From: Podarcis gaigeae
Taxonomy: Eukaryota
Length of the DNA stretch: 64,000 nucleotides
Strand: one strand, 5' to 3'
Assembly (NCBI GenBank): GCA_964106915.2
Contig: OZ066914.1
The notes under the pieces: generated by a model
What the model was told of the DNA's origin: nothing
Database searches by the model: none
What the model saw: the letters and a program-made list of their open reading frames with translations, nothing else
Translations under genes and position numbers: made by a program
In this document: positions 1-44,066 of the stretch, in pieces
How the letters are laid out: each line of letters begins with the position of its first letter
Numbering within the stretch: the stretch's first letter is position 1

Positions 1-51
1 ATCTCTGCGGGACTGATCCGGCCCAGGCAAGATAAATCTTACTGACCCCTG
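1..51. mobile_element. Right end of a hAT-type MITE, truncated by the window edge
   Basis: Ends in ...ccggccc...tgacccctg, the same terminal pattern as the hAT MITEs at 7328 and 10518. Confidence 0.45.
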
Positions 52-2197
52 GACTAAAGGTAAGTGTGGACAAGCCCTGTGTGCACAGGGAGCAGTTCAG
101 CAGGTGGGACTTGTTCTGTCACAGAGCTGCAGTGATAGGCTAAGCAACTGAATGTTTACTGAATGTATACACGCTGGTGCATTTTTAAGAACACAATCCT
201 AAAATCAGTTAATAGGATTTGAAAATCGGTAGGGTTGGAAACTGACTTTTTTGGGGGGTGGGGAGGGGACAATTCTGTTGAAGTTAATCTGCATCAGTTT
301 TAAAATGCTTGAGTCTTACCTATCCCTAGAAATAGGGAAGTAAATCTTGGAATAATCTACAAGTCCTCTGATACAATTTCCCATGTGTTTAGTATCAGCC
401 AGAACCCTGCTGGGGGTGGGAGTGGAGGGAGATAGGTAACTGGAAATAATGTAGAAAGCATGGCTGTTTGGCTTTCTCTGATCCTACAGTAAGAGAATAG
501 CACATGAAAGATAAGAAATCCAGTGATCTATTCAACAGATGTTGCCCACACATTTAAATCACAAGATCTTTCTTATACCCCCCCCTCCAAAAAGCTGGTA
601 TAATTAATTTGTGTACATTGTGTTTTACAAAGAACAGGTTTGACAGGCCTCTTACCCCATGGGGCTTGCAAGCAATAGACAAAAAGGAAACCATAGAGGA
701 AGGAGCGGTAAATTGAGTGAGGTATAATAATAATAATAATAATTTGAAAACCTAAAACAACATCCACATGCCCATGTGGATTCTGATCAACTTTAGCATC
801 TAAACTCTAGTCAAAGGTTCGTCCCTGGGTGGGTCGCAACAATGAAAACAACATTGGAAACTATTTCAAACAACTTGCTACTCTTTTTAAACTAATGAAA
901 AATGGGTTAAACATAAAATCGATCATTTGTTAAATGAACAATATAGCAGTTCGTTCACCACTTGCACTGAATTGTTCACCACTTGCAGGTGAAAATTAAT
1001 GTCCTATTGTATAATTAATATTTCTTAATTGGGCAACTTTTTCTTTTACTATGGAAAGTGTTAACATTAAGCTGCTGTCAGCTGGACTCTCCTATGCCAT
1101 CTCCCTTTCAATGAAACAGTTTACCTTGTAGAGTGGATGAAAGACAGTGCGTGTGTGTAATATCAGACATGTTTGTAAGTGTAATGTTAAACAGAACAGA
1201 TTAAAAGAATTTGGTTTCGAAACCTTGGAGTGCCTTCAGACAACTAGCAGTTTAATAAAAGATAGCAAACCTTAAGCAGTGTCCTTTGTTGTGATAGGTC
1301 GGGCGTTTCTGTCCTGAACAGTATTTGTTTTGTTGGCTTGCCAAGGAAATCTTACTGATAACATCAGAAAAGTCTTAGAGCAGCACGGTTCACACTCATA
1401 ATATTTATTGTATATAGGATAGTTCAAGAAGTGGATTTGTCTGCCTCCTATAGTAAGTTTTTGATTCCTAAAATTGTTGCTGTGTTAGTCCCCAAGGAAC
1501 AAGTACAAAATAGCTAATGATTTCTGTCCTTGGCTCAGTTTCTACTGATGCAACCATGTGTGAACTTTGGAGCTGTGCACAGTTCTTTACTTAGCAGAGT
1601 GGCATCTGTTCAACAGCAGAGAGAAGAAAGCACACAGAGACCCGTCAATTATCATTGTTGTTGTGCTATTGCACTCATGTCCTGCTGGTGGGCTTCCACA
1701 AGCTGCTGTGGGAACAGAATGCTGGAGTAGATTATCCTTTGGTCCTTTCCTTCAAAGAGGTAGATTTTCAGCCAAGATCTCCATGACATAATTTTAGAGG
1801 CTCCTCTTTGCTTGAAGTACCGCCTTTGATTCTTTTCTCAGCACCTGGTTAAGATAAGTCTTTTAATTATTTTTAACAACCAGTGTAACAAAGAAAGAAA
1901 AGCAGAGGGGGGAAGGTGAAAGAAAAAAAACGCATGCCATCAGTTCATATTAAGATAAGCCTTCCTAAATAATGCGTCATTCCACATTCCCTCTGAATTT
2001 CCACCTTGCAGCTAACCTTGAAGATTGCTTCCAGATAGTGGGCTCTTTTTTGTGTATGGGTGGGGGAAGTAGGTGCTTTAAAATTAGTGCTTTCTCGCTA
2101 CTGAGAAATGATGAAAGATAGAATAAACTTGGTCATCTTAATATTTCCTCTTTTCAGAACTTCTGGCATCTCTTAATAATATAATTACAATAATTTC

Positions 2198-2600
2198 CTC
2201 ACCCGTAGGGCTGCCAGTGGTGGTACAGAGAGTATAAATACCCTATTATCCTAGGATCCTCCAGCAATACCCCAGAAATGGTGAACAACAATCTGCCTCT
2301 CTGGCCCAACACCAGCTGCAGACCCTCTAAACCTGTCTCAAGGTCAAAAGATTTCCTGGTCAGGGAGATGGCACTCTTATGGACAATAGCAACACCACTG
2401 CCTTGACCACCCCAGTCTAGCCTGGTGCAGTACTGAAAACCCAGGTGGGCATAGCTGGGTAAGATATGGGCCACCCAGCTTTTTCGCCCAAGTCTCTATA
2501 ATGCCTGCTGGATCTGCCCATTCATCCACAATCAAGTCATTGTTTTCTTATGGGCAGATCTGGCTTCTGCAACAGCACCACTAGATTGGAGGGCTCAGTC
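2198..2600 (-). mobile_element. Degraded L2/CR1-clade LINE fragment (endonuclease region)
   Basis: Minus-strand translation TRLDWGGQGSGVAIVHKS resembles the APE-endonuclease 'R..g.GGGVai' motif. Confidence 0.55.
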
Positions 2601-2658
2601 AATATGCTACCAGTGTTTTGCAGAGATATGAGAGAGTTGAAACAAATAATGCAGACCA

Positions 2659-3583
2659 CACCGGTATGAAGTTTACGGCATGTAATGCCTTGAAAGAAAA
2701 CATTATGAAAATGATATATAGGTGGTACATGACCCCAGTCAAGCTAGCAAAAATATATCACCTGTCAGATAATAAGTGTTGGAAATGTAAGGAAACTGAA
2801 GGAACGTTCTTTCACCTCTGGTGGACTTGCCCCAGGGTTAAGGCCTTCTGGGAAATGATATATAACGAGCTGAAAAAGGTATTTAAGTATACCTTCCCTA
2901 AGAAACCAGAGGCCTTCCTTTTGGGCATTGTTGGCCAGAGGGTGTTAAAGAATGATCGAACATTTTTCATGTATGCGACAACAGCAGCAAGGATACTTGT
3001 CGCTAAATATTGGAAAACTCAAGATTTGCCCACGCTGGAAGAATGGCAGATGCAACTGATGGACTACATGGAGCTAGCAGAAATGACTGGCAGAATCCGA
3101 GACCTGGGAGAGGAAGCAGTGGAAGAGGACTGGAAGAAATTCAAGGACTACCTACAAAAACACTGTAAATTATATGAGTGCTAAGAAGGATGAGGGATTT
3201 GAAAATAACAGGGCACCATAAAAATTGGGTGAAAAGACTGTGAAAATGAGTGAATTTTGTGAGAAAAATAAATTTTGAATAAATATGATGGTAAGATTAG
3301 ATATTTAAGACCTAGATAAAAATATTCAAAGTTAGGGACAAAACATCGGAAAAGTGTACAATAAGAATGGAAATAAGGTGATAAATTGCTGGTTAAAGTT
3401 TTATAAATTGGGAAAGTAGGAGCGAGAGACGTGAGGAAGTCCAAAAAATGAAGAAAAGTTGGTTAATGTACGATGCTAAATTTTATGTTTGTTTTTCTTT
3501 TTCTGTTTCTTTTTTGCTATGCTGTCTTTCTTCTCTATTGCTATAAAAAAAAACTCTTAATAAAAATTTCTTTAAAAAACAAC
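2659..3583 (+). mobile_element. 5'-truncated L1-clade LINE (ORF2 C-terminus, 3' UTR, A-rich tail)
   Basis: Open frame to 3184 with CWKCKETEGTFFHLWWTC zinc-knuckle and L1-like tail. AATAAA at 3559. Perfect 18-bp TSD AACAAATAATGCAGACCA at 2641..2658 and 3584..3601. Confidence 0.9.
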
Positions 3584-4159
3584 AACAAATAATGCAGACC
3601 AAACACCTAAGCCTGTTTATTTTTCATTATTTAAATGAAAGCTGATCTTCTTGGTCTGTCAAAATAACATCTTTTTTTTTGGAATATATTTGGTTCTCTG
3701 CAGTTACTTGACACATTTATAAATGTAAACAAGAATCAAACCCTCTTCTGGAACTGATGTGTATAATTCCCTTACAGAATGCAAATGTATCTGTACAACT
3801 CATTCCAAAGTTGCTGATAATGAAAAGCCTCTGGTGGGGAGGATGGTAGCTGACCTGTTTGCCATGCCAACAACTGACAACTTCTCTACCTTCGGGGCAT
3901 GTCAGTCATTTGAGATGGAATAGCTCTGAGAGCGAATGAGATATGGTGCATTGCTAGACGGAAGCAGGTTCCCAGCTGATGTCAGGCAAGCAAAACACTT
4001 AAGAAAGGGTGAATGCAGTTCAGCTTCTGACTTGGAAACAGCTAGTTTTTAATTCATGCTTTCCCACTTCTCCAGTGGGCTGGAATGTTTACAGCATCAA
4101 CTGTTATTTCTCCTGGGCCATAAAAGAACACGTTTTACCTAGAGGCAATACATAAATCA

Positions 4160-4374
4160 GGGCTCATCCAGACTTGTCGTATGTCTAGAAAGCACAGGTT
4201 CAAGCGTTTTCCCCCTTGCTCTGCCACTTTCCCCAGAAAAGCCAGCTCTTCAGTGATAAATCAGGCAAATGTCAGTTCAGAGAAAACCCGATTGACATTT
4301 GGTCCGATTCAGTGGTAAATTATGAGTTTCCCTAGGGGAAAAGCAGCAGGGCAGGGACAGGTCTGGATGAGCCC
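4160..4374. mobile_element. Palindromic MITE, probably PIF/Harbinger type
   Basis: 19-bp TIRs GGGCTCATCCAGACTTGTC / GACAGGTCTGGATGAGCCC (1 mismatch), internal fold-back, flanks TCA/CCA. Confidence 0.65.
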
Positions 4375-5792
4375 CCACTATCAAAGGAGCCTAGTCCATT
4401 AGGGCAAATGAGACACTGCCCCACCAATCTCAATCTGCCCTCAGCCAGCCTCTGCTTGCCTGTTGTCTTAGTTAAAACCAGTTTGAGGTGGGTGGGTAGC
4501 ATTAACTGTCCTCCTCCTCCTCCTCCTCCTCCTCCATCTCAGTGTTGCCCTTATACTCCTTTGTAGGGAGGAAGAGGATAGGGACAAACTAGAATGAGTT
4601 GGCTCTGGCTCCTGTTGTTTTCTTCCATGCCTTCCACCCTAGCAGTCCCAAAAGGGAAGTAGCTACCACTGGTTACTATTGCTGTTCTGTATCTGGGTGA
4701 AACACAGTAAAGCTGTGAATGGGATGTTTTGAAATGGGTGCATTTATGCTACTGTTTCTTCTGACGCATGGACAAGTTTGTGGGTTAAGAGCTCAATTGC
4801 ATTGCAGTTAGTTGGCTATCCAGCTAACAGCCACCCCCCTTCCCCTAGCGCCCACTCACTTGCATTAGGAACCCAGGCAGGGTTCTGCTTAGAAGGACCT
4901 AGCACATGTTAGCCCACTGCCAAACATATCTTCCAGAGTCTTTTTGGTAATAAAAACTACCTATATGGAGACAATTGTCTTTTTTATTTGCTTTAGTAAC
5001 TCTCCAGCTATTCAGCAGAATGTTTTCAAACATGTATTCTTCCATCTTAACCTGTTCTGTACTGCTGTCCTTATGCTAACAGATTGAAGTTTCAGGAGCT
5101 AATTTATCATAGATTACATCACTTCTCTCATCACTTGATGACATTGTTTTAGGACACTGATGAATGTGTGAACTGTCTGTACTGAAAAGCAGGGGTTTTT
5201 CCCCCAGCCGGGGAAACTGGGTTGTCCTTAAAGTGGGAGAAGTGGGAGTTCCTGCACCTGTTTTTCTAGAAAAGAAGCACTGCTGAAAATTGTGGTGGTA
5301 GAGGTGGGGAAAACAAAAGCTCTGAGTTTTCTTGATATGTAATAACTGTTTCACACATTACAGTACATGCCATATCTGAATAGTGAAGAAATAGAGTAGA
5401 ATTATGTGTGCGTGAATTTGCACTAGCGCTTACCTAATCCCGTTGGAACAATATCACTGTTGCATATTATGTGTATAGATTAAAAATTTCAAACTCTACA
5501 GAGAGCAAATATATCTTCCTTTTTCCGAAATGTGTTAGGTAATTTTTGACAAGAAAATATGTGTGTAGAGATTGTTGCAAAAAACATGCATTGAGCGGTG
5601 CTCAGCATCTAAAACTGCAGGGTTATTTTTAATTTTACCTTGCCCTATGAGTAAAACAATGATATATCATATTGGCAAACAGTATAAAACAACAGTAACA
5701 TTTATGAAACCAAATACAAAATGCACCACAAGTTTGTGGATCAAATTAATACACCAGTGTGCCTGAAAATCCTGAGTGAGTTTTAAGCAGGT

Positions 5793-6250
5793 TATAATAA
5801 CAACAACAATTATTATTATAATTATTTATGATTTATACCCCACCCATTCGGCTGGATTTCCCCAGCCACTCTGGGTGGCTTCCAACAGAATAAAACATCA
5901 AACATTAAAAACTTCCCTAAACAGGGCTTCCTTCATATGTCTTCTAAAAGTCAGATAGTTGTTTATTTCCTTGACATATTATGGGAGGGCATTCCACAGG
6001 GCGGGCGTCACCACCAAGAAGGCCCTCTGCCTGATTCCCTGTAACTTCACATCGCACAGTGCAGGAACTGCCAGAAGGCCCTCAGAGCTGGACCTCAGTG
6101 TCCAGGTAGAACAATGGGGTTGGAGACGCTCCTTCAGGTATACTGGGCTGAGGCCGTTTAGGGCTTTAAAGGTCAGCACCAACACCTCAAATTGTGCTTG
6201 GAAACGTACTGGGAGCCAATGTACATCTTTCAGGACCGGTGTTATAGGGT
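5793..6250 (-). mobile_element. L2 LINE 3' fragment
   Basis: Minus ORF LVLTFKALNGLSPVYLKERL...LRSS...RAFLVVTPALWNALP is a typical L2 ORF2 C-terminus, followed by a simple-repeat tail. Confidence 0.85.
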
Positions 6251-7327
6251 CTCAACAGTTCCTAAATCCAAGGCTGTCACTTCAGGGTATGCCCAGTCAC
6301 TTTAGGATACAGCATTTACTTTTTTCAATTTTTCTGTTTTGCATGTGGGGCTTATTGTTGCTTCTTTTTGTGACTCTGCACAGTTGCTTTTAGAATGAGG
6401 TTCATTAGGGGGGAAAAAACTCCACCCTGCAAGGTTCCCCCCCCTTTTCTTCATACTTACTGATTCATTCTACTCCACCCTTCTCTTCATTAAGAGTTTT
6501 ATGCAGAAGGCACTTCTTCTTTTTAAAAAGAAGTCGTCCCCCCTTTAGCAAGTCCCCCCCCCTTTAGCTCTTCCGATGCCCTCCTGGCAGCACAGCAGCT
6601 TGGCACCTTTGGGCAGGCGCCTTGCCTGGGTACCGCGGGGTGAGTGGGTGTGATTTCACAGTCTTGCTTCAGTTAGCAGCAGAAAATAGCTTGGAAATAT
6701 ACTGCTCTTAAAAAAAAAGATTAAACGTGAATATGAATAACTTACAAATGAAATGATGTTTTCTGTGTAGGTTTGGTAAACATTTTGAGAATCAAGATAA
6801 GGCTGTTTCTGCATGACTTGAGCCAACAACCAGTACAAATGGAAGGAACTTCCATATGGATCTGGTATAGTAATATAAGGTTCAAGAGGCATGATTTACA
6901 GTGTGTCTGCAGTGTTAAAACAATGCTGTGTAATGGTTTACTCAAATTATTATTGGGGTTAGTTCAACAAGTTGGCATGCCTACTTGACCAGTTTTTCAA
7001 CAATCTGACGACTTAATAAAGTTAGCCTGATTTAAAGGAAATCTAATCCAGGGGCGGACTTTGGTAATTTTTGGTAATAAGATGCCCTTAGCAAGGCCAA
7101 AATTTGGCGCCCCCAAACAGATCTTCTCAATTTTGCACTGCCTCGGCTCAGCACCCTTGAGGGGGGGGGGAACTGCCCACAGCACCCTAAATCTGGTGCT
7201 GTCCCATCAGATCAATCTTGTGTGAATGTGAGAGGTATGGTCCATTCATGAGAGGATGTAGAGGGGGAAGAGACAGCACTGCAAGTTTCCACTTGCCAGA
7301 GTGTCAAGAAGTAATAATGGTGTAGAG

Positions 7328-7562
7328 CAGGGGTAAGCAACCTAAGGCCCAATCACCTTCTAAATCGGGCCCGTGGACGGTCCGGGAATCAGTGTGTTTT
7401 CACATAAGTAGAATGTGTCCTTTTATTTAAACAGCACCTCTGGGTTATTTATGGGGCATAGGAATTCGTTCATTTATTTATTTTTTCAAAATATAGTCTG
7501 GCCCACCACATGGTCTGAGGATGGTGGACCGGCCCATGGCTGAAAAAGGTTGCTGACGCCTG
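7328..7562. mobile_element. hAT/Charlie-type MITE
   Basis: TIRs CAGGGGTAAGCAACCT / AGGTTGCTGACGCCTG; 8-bp TSD GTGTAGAG/GCGTAGAG. Confidence 0.85.
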
Positions 7563-8061
7563 GCGTAGAGCATGTGAAAGAGTACCTCTACCTTGTTTGA
7601 AATAAGAGCAGAAGCTCCATGTCTCCAGAGAAGGAATCCAGGGATGCCCTTTCTTAGGCAGATAATGTGGTTTTCCTGGGATGTTTGAACCTTGGCATCT
7701 TCCTTTGTATGTCATAGACCCTGGAAGACTGCTCTTTACTGTTTTAAAATTTTGTATGTGGAAGAGAAAATATTTTATACTCTTCTTTGGATGTTTTTAG
7801 ATTATGCCTCTTTGCTTTTTGGTCCTTTTCTGAAAATGAGGATGCCTAATCTACTTTGCATGATTCTCCTGATGATGACAGAGATTGTAAGTGCTCTTAT
7901 TGAATATAAAAAGCTTATAGCGATGATGAGAAACTATAATCCTGATATTTCTATCTCTTTCTAGATAACCATTTGCTCAGAAATACGTGACTGAACGCCA
8001 AAGTATTTGAAAGACTTCTGGAAGAACAAATCTAGTTTCCACAAGATCAAATCTGTATTAA

Positions 8062-38644
<30,583 letters not shown>

Positions 38645-41600
38645 CCCCTCACACCTCTCCCCATCCAATTGGAATTCATCATAGTATTCTTTGTCACCGT
38701 GCTATCAGAGCAACAGCACAAGGAGTTAAAACAGTAATGGGGGGGGGATGAATGTTGTCTCCAAACCAAGTCCCCCCCCTCCAGTCAACATGGCCTCACC
38801 ATTATGCCAGGGAAGATACCTGATTATGCATATCTCCTTTCTAATTATCAATCTCAAAAGACACTGGTTAGCACAGACTGTCTTACAGACCTGCTTTTTC
38901 TCCTCTTGGCTAGGGGAGAATGACCAACAAATCAAGAAAGAGCAAAGGACTTTCCTCCCCCACCCCCACCCATTCTTGGTTTCAGGCCTCTGGGGAAGCC
39001 AAGGGGCTGCTATCCATTAAAGGGAGGCCAGTTTGTCATTCGAAAAGGCGGGTAATTTCTGAAATAAAAATGTTTTGTTTTCATGTAGGTCTCCTAAACA
39101 TCCCTCTCCTAAATTAGCTGGACTGAAGTGAACTCTTTGGATATCAAAGGAGGAGGGGAAAGGGAAAGGCACATTTTGTATTTAGAATTTGTGAAAGGGA
39201 CTGCCTTCCTGAAGGAGTGTGCGCAGGTGAAATGTCCTCCCTGCAGATGTGCACTCAACTGCTAAGGAGCTGCATCTGTGGAAACACAGTGCTGTCCAGT
39301 GTCGCAAACTAGCTGAGCCATTGTGATAGGGAAGAACTGAATAATTTTGGGATCAATTTTTTTTTAAATCATGCTGGATTAAAAACAAAAAAACCCCCAA
39401 CCCAGTAATACATTCCTTTCAATCAGCCTAGTTGATGCTGGTAATGCTGCTGTTCCACCCAGTGTTTCAGTTGTCTGTGTTTTGACCTGTACCTGTATTC
39501 CTTTTCTGTTTCCCTCTGGGAGCACAAATAATGCCAAAGGGTTACTTAGGGAAAGCTGATCTCTGATGTGGCTGTAAACACTGCAAAATGCCAGATGGCA
39601 TAGAAAGACTTAGCTTAGCTGAAATCAGTGGAAATAATCTTGCACATTTCTTGAGGTTCAGTTGCACCGAAGTCAAAGAATTATGCTATATTCATGCCAG
39701 TTCAGATACCAGTTCTTTACTGGCCTGCAATGATAATTTTTTTAAGGGTGCCAGCTAGTTTTCCTATTCAGACCAAAACTGACAGCAGAAAGTGGCTTGT
39801 TAACCTCCACAGGGCTCTCCATATCTCTTATGTTCTCTCTCAGAGATAGAAGCCTGGTTTTCTTCTGTTTGTTTCAACAGTTACTCTTCTATCAGAGCAA
39901 AGTAACCCAAGTATCAAAATCAATGCTAATTCTGGTAATTTCCCCTTTATTTCTATTTCCTGCTTCTCAGGTGCTGACACAGTGCTGCCTGCAACATTGC
40001 AGGGAAATATTTTATATTTTTTAAAAAATCTTTTAAAGTTTTGCAAATTCCTTTTTTTTTTGAGGGGGTGGGGTAGTCTGATTTTGGAGGATAGCGTGTT
40101 TAAGAAACATTCCCCCCTCCTGCAACTTGGACTTTGTCTTCTTGTTGCTGCGCCTCAATACTTCTTATATCCCATTCCAAAGAAATGAAATGAATTAGGT
40201 ATGCAGATGGTGTGGCTATTTACATTTGCCATTGGAGATGTCTTAAATGTTCCTAATGCCCATGTCACTGTTGGCTAGGGTAGCCAGACGCAGAAGAGGA
40301 AAGGAACTCTGCACCTTGAATAGCTGTGTAGAAGAGGGAAGCCTTGGCTGATGTTTCTTGTTATGAAAGCTGCACCTGTTGTGACATTCCCTCTTCTACA
40401 CAAATATTAAAGGTACAGGACCCCCTCTCTTGTCTTACATCTGGCCCTCCTATTGTTGGACCCTTTGAGTTAGCAGGGGGAGATGTTTTATTTATTTTAA
40501 AAATATGGCACTTTTCTTTTTTTTACTTTTCCATCGTATGAAAACAAGGCCTGAAGAATGTGGGGTTTTAAAGCATGGTTTCCTTGCTTATCTTGAAAAT
40601 TAAATGTTAGAATCATTATGTTTTAGAAGACTGATTGTCGGACTGATGGTGCTGACTCACAAAATAACAGAAAGAAATTGCTGGAACTGGTTTATAATAG
40701 GAGCTGCATCTAATAATTTAATTTGCTTCATTTCATGCTGCTTTTTCATCACTGTAAGCCCTTGTTTACTTTCACATCTAATCATCATTTAAAACTCTAT
40801 TGCAATGTCTGTCTTGCTTAAATGACCAAATGCCGCTTTGAAAGAGGAGGCCTTAAAGGACTCGCTGCTGCTGCCACCGCTGCCACCACATGTCTGAGCC
40901 CACCATAAGACTACAGATTCTCTGTCAAGGCCTGGAACATCTGCACTGATGTGCTTTGGTATTTCTGAAGTAGAAATCAAACAATGATTTAGTGTTTTAA
41001 GAAGCACAATCTTCAGGATTAGTTTTTTGCACTTTAAAAAGAAAGGGCAGCGGGGACCTCATTTTAAAGCAACCCCTTGCAAGAAAACTTTTTTAAACAA
41101 TACTTTTGTCACATGAAGAAAAACTGAAGTGGTACCCAAAATGTAATCTAATGGTGTGTGAGAGATTTATGGTTTGAAGCTTTATTTTAATGGCAGGTGA
41201 ACCTTTGTCCAGGTGAAAACAAGGGTTTATGTAAAAATACTGATAAAAAGAAAATATCTGTGCCTAAATAAAACAGGCTCCAGTTAGCATTGCTACCACT
41301 AAGGCAGCTGCTGCTTGCTTGCCAGGAGATTTTCCTGCTGAGATGTGGCTCAGCACTGTTGCTAGTAAAGGGAAAAGGCACTACTTGTTTTTTGCATGAA
41401 GACTCCTAAGCCCCGATTTTAGTGTAGCATGACCAAGCTAATAAAGCAGAGTGGTGTTGTTTTCCAGTCCTTCATACTAGCTGTCAATTGAAATGTTTAA
41501 TGCTGGCATTCTTATTGCTGCAAATTTAGAATATGTCCACATTTCAGACACACATTGTTCAAACATGTTGAATTAAACATTTAAAATGTTTGTGGTGCTT

Positions 41601-43222
41601 TAGCAGTGTAGATAAAGCTTTATTACGTTTCATATTAAATTTTATTGTGAGTTTTCAACATAAGATAACAATAAAAAACCAAACTAATCTAAAGAAAGAT
41701 AATGATAAACGAGACAGGAAGCAGAAATAAAGAAAAGAGGGGTGACACTATATGTATATATAAAACCAAGCCCTCTGTCATGAATATGTCTTGATCCTTA
41801 TTCCACATACAGAAGAGTTAACCCTCCCAGCTCTCACCTTAGAGCTTTCCCCTCTTCCATCAGCTTCATATCCTGAGGAAACCTGTCTGGCCTGCATCTC
41901 ATGCACATCCCTTCTAGAGAAAGCTCTAAGAGGCCCTTGTGTTTTCATGGAACCACACTTCACTGCGTTCCTACTAAAGTTCCTACAGAAGCTGTGAATC
42001 ATTTGAATTTACAATGTGGAGATAGCCTAAAATCATTGCTTCCTAAGCTTTCTGGCTCCTAAGGGCTTATTGGCCAACATGTCCACAGTCCACATTAAGA
42101 AAGGAAGAAAGAAAAATCTAATGAGGTCATTTCAGGCATATCTGTGAGTGGTAGAAGTATGCAATTCAGTTCTTGCTCCTATAGATTAGGGCTTTCAAGG
42201 AGAAGGTCCAGAGGCCTTATGGGTCCTCTGAGGTCCAAGGAATCCTATTTTAGTCCAGAGCTAATTTGAGTTTGATAGTGTAGATAGTGATCCTTCAGGT
42301 GTAGGGAGGTCTGTATTACAATCTCCAACACTTATGCCATAAACACAGACCTGTCAAGTTCTGTGCATGCCCTTCTATTCTGAGTAAATTTGGAGTAATG
42401 CTTAGATGCGTACTTGCAATCACCAGTGTGAATTATAGTACCCATTCTAATCATAATCGTGCACTGAAATAATAAAACCCACATTTTAGTCTCTCTTAAC
42501 TACACTTTTGTACTAGTAATAAGGCAGGTTAAAGTCTGCTAAGGGGTAACAAGTATCTTAGCCATTCCATTCCAATCTAGGAAGCAAGCAGCTTTTGAGG
42601 ACAATAGCCCATGCTTTAAGTAGGGAATAGTGGCACCAATCTGTGTCGGCGGTAAAAAGATACAAGTTTTCAGTTCAGCAGAGTTCAAGGAAGCTCTAGA
42701 GACCAAATGGTACAAATATCCTTCAAGGAAAAAAATGAAATGCTGAGCTCTTCAGTTTTAAAAATGCCAGCCCTTCTAAATCAAAATGGGTACCTGGAAT
42801 GCAGTTGAGGATCCTGAGGTCCACATCTCATGATTCTAAAATATGCCAGTGAGGGAGAATGTGCATGACTTTTTTATTATAGAAAAACAAACAAACTGTT
42901 ATGTGGTTACTTTTCTGAGTCATTCCGTTGTGAAACTCCCCCCAACCCGTCCTATGAATGTTGCCCCCTGAGTGTTTAGCTGTGACTTAAAATAAATTTT
43001 GTTTTGGATTGTTCCTTAGCATATGGTTAAATAGAAATTTTGCTGTATGAGAATGACTGGGAATGTTGCAGTGCTGACATTCTCTTTTCACGTGATTGTA
43101 TAAACTCATGTGAACTGCAGTCTTCACTCAGGCATGTTTCAGCCAAAAATAATGTCTGAGGCAAGAGTGCTGTGCAAAGTCCGGTGTGAGGTAAAAACAA
43201 GCAAACCAGAGTTTAATTCTAC

Positions 43223-43228
<6 letters not shown>

Positions 43229-43265
<37 letters not shown>
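43229..43265. repeat. (GT)n microsatellite
   Basis: Read directly from the sequence. Confidence 0.9.
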
Positions 43266-43269
<4 letters not shown>

Positions 43270-43346
43270 CAGATTTTTATTTTCTTGAACTTAATTTATC
43301 ATTAAAATCAATTTTTAAACACCATACTAAATTAAGCAGGTAACCT

Positions 43347-43397
43347 AATAAAATGAATTAAAAAAACCCAACTGTGTCTGGCTTGCCTGTTATATGT
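43347..43397 (+). terminator. Candidate polyadenylation site for SLC25A22
   Basis: AATAAA 43347..43352 and ATTAAA 43357..43362, followed by GU-rich tgtgtctggcttgcctgtt. Confidence 0.45.
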
Positions 43398-43881
43398 ATC
43401 TTACCCTTTGAGATTCTCAATAGAGCAACCAGATACTGTAAAAATGTATTGGTTTTTTATTTACACAATTGATTATAATGAACTAATCATTGCAACATGA
43501 CTAGTATCGGGTCTTAGGGAAGGAGTAAACAATCAACACAAGCTTCCTCATGTTAGAAACTGTGATCTCAGAAGTTTTTGCCAATCACTGGACTTATAAT
43601 AGGTAACAATTTGACAGAAATGCCGTCCTCTCATGAAGTTTGTTTACTTTGGGCTATTCCTAGGCATATGTTGCTTCTAAAAGGCTCCCTATTTTTCACT
43701 CCCATTTATAGGTCTCATTTTAAAAGTTAACTTCACAAGGTTGCATCTTAAATGCTAACTAATAACCCTTCAGGCTACCAAGTGTATGTCTAGGATGTTG
43801 AATATGTGTTCACACACTTCCACTAGAATTGGCTGTCCTTTCTACTTTAAATATGTTTTACTCTATTAAAAATAACATAAT

Positions 43882-44066
43882 CATCAGGAATAACTTTCTG
43901 ACAGTAAGACGCCAACAAGAGGAGGTGGACTCTCCTTCCTTGGAGGTTTTTAAGCAGAGGTTGGATGGCCATCTGTCATGGATGCTTTAGTTGAGACCCC
44001 TGCATTGCAAGGGTTGGACTAGATGACCCTCAGGGTCATTTCCAACTACAGTTCTATAATTCTATG
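43882..44066 (+). mobile_element. CR1 3' end
   Basis: GACTCTCCTTCCTTGGAGGTTTTTAAGCAGAGGTTGGATGGCCATCTG...TTCCAACT...ATTCTATG tail. Confidence 0.85.

Noticed and set aside
953-987. 14-bp direct repeat GTTCACCACTTGCA (similar short duplication at about 11250-11285)
   Set aside because: Only two units; ordinary slippage duplication, not CRISPR-like.
2618-3184. 188-aa ORF as a host gene
   Set aside because: It is the C-terminus of a truncated L1 ORF2 bounded by TSDs.
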